Assembly: GCA_977017575.1 (NCBI GenBank) | Contig: CDRNVI010000023.1 | Span: 1-64,000 of the forward strand | Direction: 5' to 3' | From: Paramoeba atlantica | Taxonomy: Eukaryota; Protista; Discosea | DNA: 64,000 bases | Part shown: positions 1-10,605 of the stretch, piece after piece | Layout: every line of letters starts with the position of its first letter | Numbering within the stretch: position 1 is the first letter of the stretch | The notes under the pieces: model-generated | Told to the model about the DNA's origin: nothing | The model's input: only the letters and a program-made list of their open reading frames with translations | Database searches by the model: none | Translations under genes and position numbers: made by a program

Positions 1-476
1 GATCACCGAATAACTTATTTTGTCACAGTGTTGTTCGTCATCATGATTAAGCAGATAATTACGTGTGTTCTTTGATTGACTACATACGTACTTCCACTCT
101 TCTGATGTTAGTAATGCCCCGTTTTTTTGTAAATCTTCAAAACGAACTATTGCAGGAGTTTTTTGAATTAACATTATGTATATCCTATGGCTTTTTCATA
201 GTATGATAATTGTTGATAGTGCTTGCATACAAATAGGTACAATGATATTAGTTATTATTGATTAGTATTAAAAGAGTTCAAATTATATATTGAACTACTT
301 TATCGTTCAATGTTTTTCGCTTTAGATTCGCATTAGAATAACGTGATTCTCAACTTTTTTAAGTTATTGAATCTGATACCTCATAAAGGTGTATTTTCAG
401 AAATACCATTTTGCAGACCCAATAAAATCAATGGGTTGCAAAATAAAGTTGAGAATAGCGTTAGAATAGTTATATT

Positions 477-480
477 GGAG
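477..480 (+). promoter_or_regulatory. Shine-Dalgarno-like site for the 5'-nucleotidase gene
   Basis: GGAG lies 9 nt upstream of ATG 490 (tattGGAGcctattgttATG). Confidence 0.6.
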
Positions 481-489
481 CCTATTGTT

Positions 490-1419
490 ATGTCACGCAC
501 TCACTTACCCAATTCAATTGATAAACAACTCGTCATTGGGATTTCATCGCGTGCCTTATTTGATTTAGATCAAAGCCATCAAATCTACGAAGAACAAGGG
601 TTGGATGCCTATCAACAATTTCAAATCGATAATGAAACCGAATTATTGCAACCTGGAGTTGCTTTTCCGTTAGTAAAAAAGTTAGTCAATGTGGTACACC
701 CTGATACCGGTGAGCCATTAGTCGAAGTCATTTTATTATCGCGTAACAGTGCTGATACCGGACTACGTATCTTTAATAACATTGAACATTACGGATTGAA
801 TATCGTACGCGCTGCATTCACTAATGGCCAAAGTCCTTATCATTACATTAGCGCCTTTAAGACTGCATTATTTTTATCAGCACACCCACACGATGTCGCA
901 CGTGCAATTCAAGCCGGGGTTGCTGCCGCCACCATTTTACCATCACGTAATATCAGCGAACATGATCACCCCGACATTCGCATTGCATTTGACGGCGATG
1001 CTGTTTTATTTTCTGATGAAGCCGAAAAGATTTTTCAGCAACATGGTTTAGATGCCTTTGCCCAAAATGAAAAAGCTGCTGCTGATCAACCGTTAAGCGC
1101 TGGCCCGTTTAAAGGATTTTTAGCTGCCTTACACACCATCCAATCGGTTTTCCCTATCGATACTTGCCCAATTCGTACCGCATTAGTCACAGCACGCTCA
1201 GCACCGGCGCATGAACGCGTGGTGAAAACCTTACGCACTTGGGGAGTGCGCATCGATGAAGCGCTATTCTTAGGCGGACTCACTAAAGGTGATTTTTTAC
1301 GCGCTTTTGGGGCTGACTTTTTCTTTGATGATCAACCTGGCCATTGCCAAGCTGCTAGCCAACATGTAGCCACTGCCCATGTGCCGCATGGCGTCATTAA
1401 TCAAGTAGAAATAGATTAA
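490..1419 (+). CDS. Bacterial 5'-nucleotidase (cytosolic 5'-nucleotidase I-like, HAD fold)
   Basis: Motifs LVIGISSRALFDL, VEVILLSRNSADTGLRIF, IRIAFDGDAVLFSDEAE, RTALVTARSAPAHERV and DFFFDDQ. The start is placed at ATG 490 (SD-preceded) rather than GTG 343. Confidence 0.9.
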   Translation: MSRTHLPNSIDKQLVIGISSRALFDLDQSHQIYEEQGLDAYQQFQIDNETELLQPGVAFPLVKKLVNVVHPDTGEPLVEVILLSRNSADTGLRIFNNIEHYGLNIVRAAFTNGQSPYHYISAFKTALFLSAHPHDVARAIQAGVAAATILPSRNISEHDHPDIRIAFDGDAVLFSDEAEKIFQQHGLDAFAQNEKAAADQPLSAGPFKGFLAALHTIQSVFPIDTCPIRTALVTARSAPAHERVVKTLRTWGVRIDEALFLGGLTKGDFLRAFGADFFFDDQPGHCQAASQHVATAHVPHGVINQVEID

Positions 1420-1551
1420 TATCATTAACTTACCTAAAATTGATTAAGTAATACTTGAAGTATCAAGTTACTTTAGATAAAGTGCTTGCACTTTCAAGTT
1501 ATTCTTTATGTTTTTGTAGCAAAAACTCCAAGATGGGGTTAGTAAAAAATA

Positions 1552-2064
1552 ATGATGATAAATAAAATTACGATTAACGCCTGGATATTAATAACACTTT
1601 TATTAGTTTCTTTTGTAACCACCAGCGCTTCTGCAACGGATGTCATGGCTGACCATGTGGTAATCAATAAACGTCAGCGTCGTTTAATACTGTATAAGAA
1701 AGGAAAATTATTAAACAGCTATCCAATCAGCTTAGGACGTGATCCGTTCAATCCAAAACGCCAACGTAATGATAATCGCACGCCTGAAGGTGAATATCTT
1801 ATTACTTTCCATACCCGTCAGAGTCGTTATACTGCCGCGATTGGTATTTCTTACCCCAATGCACATGATAAAACACGCGCACGTGTTTTGGGCGTTGATC
1901 CAGGCGACCAAATTGAAATTCACGGTATGCCACCCGATCGATCATTACAACAGCGTTTGCGTGGTAAGGATTGGACGGCTGGTTGCATTGCCTTGGCTAA
2001 TCACCACATGAATGACGTGTATCGACGCACTCAACAAGGCACTCGGGTTACCATTCTTCACTAA
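1552..2064 (+). CDS. L,D-transpeptidase (YkuD family) with N-terminal signal peptide
   Basis: Hydrophobic signal ending SASA; VVINKRQRRL, YPISLG, D..TPEGEY, IEIHG and WTAGCIAL (catalytic His/Cys). Confidence 0.9.
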   Translation: MMINKITINAWILITLLLVSFVTTSASATDVMADHVVINKRQRRLILYKKGKLLNSYPISLGRDPFNPKRQRNDNRTPEGEYLITFHTRQSRYTAAIGISYPNAHDKTRARVLGVDPGDQIEIHGMPPDRSLQQRLRGKDWTAGCIALANHHMNDVYRRTQQGTRVTILH

Positions 2065-3145
2065 CACTTATTTCATCAACATGATTTGATTGGTTAGCAA
2101 ACACGGCACGCGTGTTATCTTGTTGCAATAACGGTTGCAATGCATGGATAACATCCGTAATCAATTGCGGACCTTGATAAATTAATCCCGTATATAACTG
2201 TACTAAACGGGCACCCGCATTGATTAATGCCGTTGCTGCATCGCCATTAACAATGCCACCCAATCCGATAATTGGTACCTTGTCGCCTAGATAATAATGC
2301 AATTGTTTAACAAAGCGTACACTTAAATCAATTAACGGTGCCCCACTTAATCCACCTGCTTGTTCAGCGATTGCCTGTGATTGCAAACGTGGGCGCTGCA
2401 ACGTGGTGTTGGTTGCCACAACCCCATCGATCTCATGACAAATTAAACGCTCCGCAATAAAGGCTATTTGTTCTTGATCCAAATCGGGTGCTAATTTGAT
2501 TAGCAATGGCACGTTACGCTGATGCAGTTGACGTAATTGTTGCTGTGTTTCAATCAACAAACTTAACAAATGATTTAATGAATCACCATGCTGCAACTCG
2601 CGTAACCCAGGGGTGTTTGGCGATGAAATGTTTACCGTCACATAGCTGGCATAGGGATAAACACCTTGCAAACATGTTTGATAATCATGGTGGGCTTGTG
2701 CTAACGGTGTATCAGCATTTTTACCGATGTTAATCCCTAAAATACCTTGATAACGCTTTTGTTGTAAGCGTTGCAATAGATATGGCAACCCTTTACTGTG
2801 AAAACCAATACGATTAATCAATGCGTGTTGATCAGGCAAGCGTATAATACGGGGTTTACGGTTTCCTGGCTGGGGACGCGGTGTCACCGTGCCAATTTCT
2901 AAAAAGCCAAACCCAAATCGCGCTAATGTATCGATATAATCACCATGGCGATCAAAACCGGCAGCTAATCCAACTGGGTTAGGGAAACGCATACCCAATA
3001 ATGTCACTGGTAAATCAGGTGGCGGTAATTGTAATTGACGCAGTAATAATGTTGGCGCTAATTTAGCTAAGCGCAATGCAGCATAGTGCGCTCGTTCTGG
3101 TGATAAACAAAATAATAAACGGCGAAAATAGGGATATAAATCCAT
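2048..3145 (-). CDS. pyrD: Quinone-dependent dihydroorotate dehydrogenase (class 2)
   Basis: NPVGLAAGFD, GTVTPRPQPGN, ALINRIGF, GINIGKN, NISSPNTPGLR (catalytic Ser), KLAPDL, GGLSGAP and IIGLGGI. AAGGT lies upstream on the - strand, and the 3' end overlaps the convergent L,D-transpeptidase by 17 bp. Confidence 0.95.
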   Translation of the reverse strand: MDLYPYFRRLLFCLSPERAHYAALRLAKLAPTLLLRQLQLPPPDLPVTLLGMRFPNPVGLAAGFDRHGDYIDTLARFGFGFLEIGTVTPRPQPGNRKPRIIRLPDQHALINRIGFHSKGLPYLLQRLQQKRYQGILGINIGKNADTPLAQAHHDYQTCLQGVYPYASYVTVNISSPNTPGLRELQHGDSLNHLLSLLIETQQQLRQLHQRNVPLLIKLAPDLDQEQIAFIAERLICHEIDGVVATNTTLQRPRLQSQAIAEQAGGLSGAPLIDLSVRFVKQLHYYLGDKVPIIGLGGIVNGDAATALINAGARLVQLYTGLIYQGPQLITDVIHALQPLLQQDNTRAVFANQSNHVDEISVSEEW

Positions 3146-3160
3146 CAGTCTTACCTTACG

Positions 3161-3278
3161 TTAAACCGTACATGTACGTGCCCAAACCCGTAGCATGGCA
3201 TTGCCACCTTGTTGAAATTCATAATCAACCTGTTTGACTTCAATACCAAATTCACGTTGTTGCAGTGCAAGCATCACT
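3161..3278 (-). pseudogene. 3' stub of a bacterial gene upstream of pyrD, cut at its 5' side by the foldback repeat
   Basis: Reads ...MLALQQREFGIEVKQVDYEFQQGGNAMLRVWARTCTV* and ends 15 nt before the pyrD start, an operon-like spacing. Upstream the frame runs straight into repeat sequence. The protein family is not recognised. Confidence 0.55.
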
Positions 3279-4117
3279 ATCACCCGATTTTTACCTAAAA
3301 ATCGGCTATATTTGGTTATAATCTTTCCCTTTTCTTCAGCCTTCCGGGCCAATTTTTCTTTTGTAGGCTATTGGAACGCGGTGGTAGTTCTTTTTTAGGC
3401 TCTTCGTTAAACGCGGTGGTTGTTTTCAACTTAGAAGTCACTCATGCTGCGCGCTTCGCGTGGAAAACTGGCACCGCGTTTAACGAAGAACCTAAAAAAT
3501 ATATTTGGCCTGGAAAGCTGAAGAAAAGGGAAAGATTATGGCCAAAAATAGCCGTTTGTTTTGGGTAAAAATCGGGTCATTTTTTGGGTATTTTTGCTCT
3601 CAGAGCACTAGATCCGACATTTGCGCGTGGGAAATCACTCGTAGGCATGAATGAAAGCCTACCGAACGTATTGGGTAGAAGTCGGATTTAGTGCTCTGAG
3701 AAAAAAAATACGCAAAAATCACCCGATTTTTATCTAAAACTCGGCTATATTTGGCTATAATCTTTCCGTTTTCTTCAGCCTTCCGGGCCAATTTTTCTTT
3801 TGTAGGCTATTGGAACGTGGTGGTAGTTCTTTTTTAGGCTCTTCGTTAAACGCGGTGGTTGTTTTCAACTTAGAAGTCACTCATGCTGCGCGCTTCGCGT
3901 TGAAAACTGGCACTGCGTTTAACGAAGAGCCTAAAAAATATATTTGGCCTGGAAAGTTGAAGAAAACAGAATGATTATGGCCAAAAATAGCCGTTTGTTT
4001 TGGGTAAAAATCGGGTCATTTTTTGGGTATTTTTGCTCTCAGAGCACTAAATCCGACATTTGCGCGTGGGAAATCACTCGTAGACATGAATGAAAGTCTA
4101 CCGAACGTATTGGGTAG
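3279..4117. repeat. Tandem direct repeat (period 439 bp) of a ~377-bp foldback/long palindrome unit plus a 60-bp spacer
   Basis: 3279 aligns with 3718, 3618 with 4057, and 3678 with 4117. The complete unit 3681-4057 starts GTCGGATTTAGTGCTCTGAGA and ends TCTCAGAGCACTAAATCCGAC. The first unit lacks ~38 bp of its left arm. Confidence 0.9.
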
Positions 4118-4209
4118 GGAATGCAACTCCAACGACACCATTTTTTCGACACAAAAAGGCCCTTTGGGGTCCGAAAAATACTTTTTCACCTCTTTTAGTC
4201 AAAAATGGG

Positions 4210-4737
4210 TCATTTTAAGTGGCGCCCCACGGCTCGAAGGAGGGGTATCTTGCGAAAACAACTGCGGAAAAAGCTAGTATAGGTCCCAAGCTCCTTTTTT
4301 CCTTGATTATAATTTTCCTTGATTACTGTGTTCCTCTTTATAGTTTCACTGTTTTTGTTCACTTTTTTTTCAATAATCGAGGGTAGAGCGGTAATTATAC
4401 AACCACCGCAATAAAATTCTAGCGTGTTTGTGAGTCGAGTGATCGCTTTTGGCCCAAGTCCACTCTCCGTTGAGATCTGTAACCGGCTATTTCCAGAAGC
4501 GATGCCGTATAAAACTTTAAAAAGCTGATTCGCGGTGCGCCCATGTGCGGCCGTCAGAAGAGGTTCCAAAAAATATGTTTTGCCGCGGCACCTTCTACGA
4601 TCGGAACACAACCAATGTTCTTCCTTAAGATCACATACCCGCGGCTCATGACCTTTGGAATAAGTAACAGCCTGATACATAAGAGCATGATTTTGTATCC
4701 ACGATATGATGCTGTCTTCCGTTGCCAAACAAAGCAA
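4210..4737 (-). pseudogene. Merlin/IS1016-like transposase N-terminal fragment (Zn-ribbon + HTH), degenerate
   Basis: Pattern SWIQNHALM...KGHE...HWLCSDRRRC...QLFKVLYGIASG..RLQISTESGLGPKAITRL, followed by KENYNQGKK (compare the Merlin KRKYNRGR motif). There is no complete DDE core. Confidence 0.4.
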
Positions 4738-4910
4738 GGTATAAGACTACTTATCGGTACATGAAAAATCAGAGCAGCCCGGGCAATCCATTTAGGGTAA
4801 AAAAGAATAGGAAAAGTTGATGATAATCTACTAAACTTATCTCAGATTGCGTTATCTCAAAGATACAGTTCCTGTACCTTGTTGGTACTTTTTACTAGCT
4901 CTTCTTTCTC

Positions 4911-4956
4911 CCCGGAAACGGGTATGTATACTTTACTCAACATGCCCGTTTCCGGG
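4911..4956. other. 17-bp-stem hairpin
   Basis: CCCGGAAACGGGTATGT, a 12-nt loop, then ACATGCCCGTTTCCGGG (one T-G pair). Confidence 0.7.
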
Positions 4957-5033
4957 ACCCGCCTTCGCCGCTGAAGCTGTCCCTCTTTTTCGTTCGAGTA
5001 GGGGCCGCCTACTCGCACCTCCTGTGCAGCCGG

Positions 5034-5354
5034 TCACTCCCGGCCGAACGCCCCCGCCAGGAAGACGCCAGGAAGCTTAACCCCTTCCTGCAGTGGACTA
5101 CTGGTGCTCCGCCTTCCGGCTTTTCTCCTTTTCCGCCTGGCCTCTCCAGAAGGATATGCGCCTCGGGCCCTTAATACAGTAAGCCCAGGGCGTCGCCTGT
5201 CGCACTGCGCGCTTTCCCTCATGACGGAACGTCCTCCTCTCTGCGAATGTAATGCTGTTTGCGCGGCACAAGGAAAGAGCATTTTGGGAAAAAGTTGCGA
5301 GTTTTTCCTCCGCGCAAGGCGTATCCACACCACATGCCGCACGACGTGCCACAC
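5034..5354 (-). pseudogene. Possible degenerate tyrosine-recombinase C-terminal fragment of a DIRS/VIPER/TATE-type retroelement
   Basis: ALHSQRGG (HxxR) followed 28 residues later by a Tyr (RARGAYP). This is a weak motif-only resemblance. Confidence 0.2.
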
Positions 5355-5580
5355 CCCTCATCATACCACCTGACATCTCATGACCCTTCTAGGCCTCTAC
5401 ACCTCCATCGGCTCTCTCCTGCCCCGCGAAATTTCTCCGGGTCCACCCACCGATCTGTCTACCGCGTGCCTTCCTGGGCATGAAACACTGAGAAACATAA
5501 TATAATTTAGTTAGCATTAGCTGATCCACCCTGTATACACAGGGATAGTGTTTATAGTACTATAAACGAAGTTTATAGTG

Positions 5581-5762
5581 CTGTCCCCCCCGTTTAAGCG
5601 CACCTCGTTTTCCGCGAAAAGTGCGCTTAAACGGGGGGGTCTGAATCACTACATAAAAAAAAAATTGGCGCCGCTTCGCGGCGCCGGGAACCTTCCTTCA
5701 ACTCTATGTGCGCTTAAACGGGGGGGGGGGGCTGACCGGGTGCGCATAAAGGGGGGGGACAG
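5581..5762. mobile_element. MITE A (182 bp), Tc1/mariner-like
   Basis: 24-bp TIRs CTGTCCCCCCCGTTTAAGCGCACC / GGTGCGCATAAAGGGGGGGGACAG (2 mismatches), flanked by TG on the left and TA on the right. Internal hairpin GGCGCCGC-TTC-GCGGCGCC at 5667-5685. Confidence 0.7.
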
Positions 5763-5797
5763 TACCATAAATTTTCTTGAAACACTATAAACTATTA

Positions 5798-6123
5798 CTG
5801 TACCCCCCCCCGTTTATAATAGCCTCGATTTTGCCCAAATGAACCCATAAACGGGGGAGGGCGATGGAAGATTAAAGTTGGCACAGAAATCGTCCTACAT
5901 TTTGGAGCGAGGATCCAGGAATTATTCAATCGCTAAGTGGTCCCCGGCGATCTGCCAAAGTAAAATATCCAGCACCACCCCGCGCCATACCTCGCAGAAC
6001 TATGAGAAAATATCAAAGTTTAAGACGGTGCAAGAAAATAAAATAAAAAATCTTCCCCGGTTTGCCAAAAAAAGAACCTATAAAGGGGGGGGGCGAGGCT
6101 ATTATTAACAGTGGGGGGTACAG
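5798..6123. mobile_element. MITE B (326 bp), Tc1/mariner-like, TA target duplication
   Basis: 30-bp TIRs CTGTACCCCCCCCCGTTTATAATAGCCTCG / CGAGGCTATTATTAACAGTGGGGGGTACAG (3 mismatches), with TA on both sides. Confidence 0.8.
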
Positions 6124-7102
6124 TAATAGTTTTAGGGACCTCTGGTTTCAAGGCCATTAAAAACACCTTCCGCGTGTATGTGTGTACGTACACGTGTAAG
6201 TTAGCCACTTACACACTTTTTTGGTAACCCGTTTCGTAACAGGTGTACAGCAAAAAAATATTTATATGTACTTACCAAACGAAACTAGTAAAATTTAATA
6301 TAGTGTTTCATCTGATTACATTCTTTCCTGACTTTCATTTCTCTTTTTGCTTTATGGGAAAGCGATTTCGCGTAAGCAGACACGGACACACACAGACGAA
6401 TTCACAGCCAACGGAGGAGAATGAGTCTCCAACAGGAACTTCATCAGCCGCGGGTCTGAGTGTCTCGGAGCGGAGCGAAGAACGCACGTCTCTTCGCATT
6501 GCAATAGGAGCTCCGCAACCAACCCCCGTAGAGCAGAGAATTTCAAATTGCACCATTCCTACACCAGAACGAAGGCCACGACATCGAATGTCGGAAAAAC
6601 TTTTGTCTGAACATTTCAAGCTTGAACAATGTTGTGGATCTCCTGACAGCTTTTAATTTAAAAGAGAAATTGCTTTACATAAAGCCCAATCTTCAAGATA
6701 TCCCAAACCTGGCTGTCGCGCATCCCAAAAGAGGCGGCGTAATGGCACGCCAGAAAATAGAGTTGTACTAACCCAGGTTGAGGACTACATTGTCAATTTA
6801 GCCACGGATATCGATGAATGCTAAACCTTTTTCGTTTCATTGTTCACTTATACTTTTGACTATCTCAAAAAAGACCTACACCGGTCCCACTATTTTCGAC
6901 CGCCTGGCACCAACCTCCAGGTTGGCTTGTCGGCCACCCCCGCCATTGCAGAGGGTGTGGCCGAGGGGGTCACCACCAGCGACCTTGCAAAAGCCCTCTG
7001 TGGGTAACACTGGGTAGCACAGGTTGTACTGGGTAACACAGCGTACACAAGATCACACTGGGTAACTGCAGAATCTCCAGTGCTGACTTGTCGACTACTG
7101 TA

Positions 7103-7723
7103 CTACTTACTTAACCCTGAAAGTCACGACTCGCATTGCGTTACTACAGAAGGAAGCCAAATCCAATGTTTCGCTGCCCGGTACACTGCCGGAAACATTG
7201 TCCGCCCGATGTCCTCCCACCACACGTGCTCGTTCGTGTGCTTGACGGGGCTTATGTGATAATTAGCTGTAACAAAAGCATTCCAAGCAATCTCAGTAAT
7301 GCCGAACAAATCTTCACTCTCATCTCGGCAAAATAGGTTGTTGGCGCGATGCACTGATAAGGGACTAGCGCCCCGTACGCGCAAATAATTCACTATGCAT
7401 ATAGGAGAGAACCACATAACGTCCTGCCAAATCTTCATGTCGTGGTTTCTCTCAAGCCGGCTCCAATTTCGTTCAATGGCATCACTCAATCCAGATGGGG
7501 CATTTGGAGAAGCAGCAGTCTCACGAAGCAGTTCGAACATTGGAAAAACGCGTGTCGCAGTTCGTACCCGCTTTGAGTCTGAAAAACGGCGAAGGGCTGC
7601 GTGCAATTCCTTACATTCGCTTAAAAACAACTTTCCTTCCTCTCGCAACTCTTCATGACCGTGGACCCGAATCAGTCGAGCGCATTCCGCAACCGATTTA
7701 GATGCGCGTTCGTTTTCCAGTTC
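7103..7723 (-). pseudogene. hAT transposase C-terminal relic (dimerisation domain), paralogous to the ORF at 61954
   Basis: HVWWEDIGRTMFPAVYRAAKHWIWLPSVVTQCES* matches the hAT WW...FP.L...A..L..P.S...ER motif. The N-terminal part ELENERASKSVAECARLIRVHGHEELREEGKLFLSECKELHAALRRFSD aligns with ELENPRVCQSVRKCADLIAREGVDNLATSAKYFLEELAPIQKALQKFSD of the 61954 ORF. In-frame stops at 7724-7726 and 7124-7126. Confidence 0.8.
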
Positions 7724-8949
7724 TTAGTAAATAACCGTATAGATTTGTTACTAACCGTAAATTTCATTCAGATTTCCTCTCCAACTACGTCCGGATTCAT
7801 GAAGCCTCGCCTTCGCCTTCTACGTCCCTGCCCCCCACCCCCCCCCATTCCACACTCCGCATTCCTGTTCTTGCACTGTAGTTCTTGCACTGTGTGTAGG
7901 TACACCGCACCGAGACCGCACCGAATCCCCACCCGCAGCCCCTCACATGTATCCTATTCTAATACCTCAATCATAAATCTAATACAAATTTGTTGATCTT
8001 TCTGACGATTTATCCGTTAATCGTCTATCGCTTTCCTGAAGGATCAACATCTTCGCTGCACTCCTCCGAATCACGCTGTTGCTTGTTATTCCGCGGGACG
8101 TATGTCGAACCCTTACTTTGATACTCATCCCATGCGTGTAATAAGTTTTTTCAGGAGCTTGACAGATAAATTGGCGCTCTACTGCGGAGTATGCTTTGTG
8201 TGGCCTTGTGCCAATATCAGCGACATTTTCTTCACTTCTCATATCACACATAACGATTCTTCCTTCGAACTCACTTACGTAGATTACTTCTTCATCGATT
8301 GGAGTCTCGCGCGAATAACCTTCCGCTGCTGCGCGCCCGGCCACGGTGCTGTCCGTTCCGATGACTATGGACTGGAACTTGTTTGTGACAGCGATTTCCA
8401 TGACCTTTTTTATAGCAAACGACTCAACTGCAGCTGTTTCCATTTTGACAGGGACCTGAAAACCTCATATTTTCTGGGCATGTGCCGTATCTCACGATCG
8501 CTCTGGTGTGACATCGGCTGTGGCAAAGAGGACCGAATTTAGGCATTTAGGTCCTTTAATCTAAAGGACAATTATTTAAATTAAATAATTGCCAGTCTCT
8601 CGGGCACTGGTTCTCGCGCAGCGTCAGTAGCGCCAGATTTTTGGCGTTTATCATATCTTTGTCCGCAACACGCTTCTCGTCCCAGTTGCTGACTTGGTCA
8701 AGGCTACTCTGAGCTTTCGAGAGTCTGCCTAGTCGGTGCCTCGGTATGCCGAGGACGGCTGATAGCTGTCGGATGTAGCCTGCAATGCTGAACAAGTTTC
8801 TTAGGGTATTGCTCATCGGTTTCGTTAGGATGGAAGCCCACTTTTTCGCTACTTTTTCGGGATCCGCAGTCCAGGATAAAGCTCCATCTTTTTACATAAA
8901 CCTGATTCCCGTAGACGAAATCGCATGACGCTTCTTCCCGCTTCATATA

Positions 8950-9820
<871 letters not shown>

Positions 9821-10605
9821 TATTTAAGGCGAGTATTCGCTAGATGAAAGTTACGTTTCATGCGTTTTTCCTACCACATGAGATCTGCGGCGGTGCTCAT
9901 AATTAGAATTGAGTCTATTTGTACCGTGATAAATCCCCCATTTGGTAGGGAGACGAAAGCGGGGGCTTCTGCCAGTGTATTTACATTATCTTCAATGTTT
10001 GGTCGCTGGTCGTTTTCTCGGGACAGGAGAATAATACTCCACACCAGGGCTTGCGCTCTTCCGTATGCATGTCTGTAGCCCATGGGTAGTACCTTGGGGG
10101 ATAGAACTTCATGGTCTAGTCGGATACAGCAGGCTCGTCCCAGATCATGTGAGATGGGAATTTGATAGTAGCAGTTTTTTACGTCTGCGTGCAAATTTCG
10201 AAACTTTTTTGTGGCACAGTCCCCAATTTCCACGAGCCGCGCTACTAACTCCTGGATGGATGGTAACTTGAACGGAACACGAATATCAAGACAGTGATCG
10301 TTCGTCCATCGTAGATCAAATATTGCCCGTGTTTCATGATTATCCTTCATCATAGCGGTGTACCAACCCATAGCGGTTGCATCACTGAGCGGGATTTTTT
10401 TGAAAAAAACGGTTTCCTTGGAAGTCCCCACCTCCGACCAAGCACTCTATCATAGAGTGCTTATATAGACTATGTACGCCCTAATAGCGACATCGATGAA
10501 AAAGGTCCATTTCTCCATAATGTTTTACGAATTAATGATACATTGAATTGTGTGCACTGTACTTCAAATCGTTTCTTAGAATACTTTACCAGTCAGTCCT
10601 TTATC

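Noticed and set aside
1-3278. Prophage or anti-phage defence system in the bacterial block
   Set aside because: The three complete genes are ordinary housekeeping enzymes and have no phage or defence domains.
3279-4117. CRISPR array
   Set aside because: There are only two 439-bp units with near-identical spacers, no short repeat with unique spacers, and no cas genes.
4239-4872. Complete non-autonomous Merlin element
   Set aside because: The putative TIRs match only partially and the flanks (GGCTCGAA versus TGTACCTT) give no 8-9-bp TSD.
6243-6790. N-terminal fragment of another hAT copy (RHRMSEKLL, RYPKP versus RFPRISTKFF, KYPRP)
   Set aside because: The similarity is too weak to support by eye and there is an in-frame stop at 6654-6656. 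It needs an alignment score.
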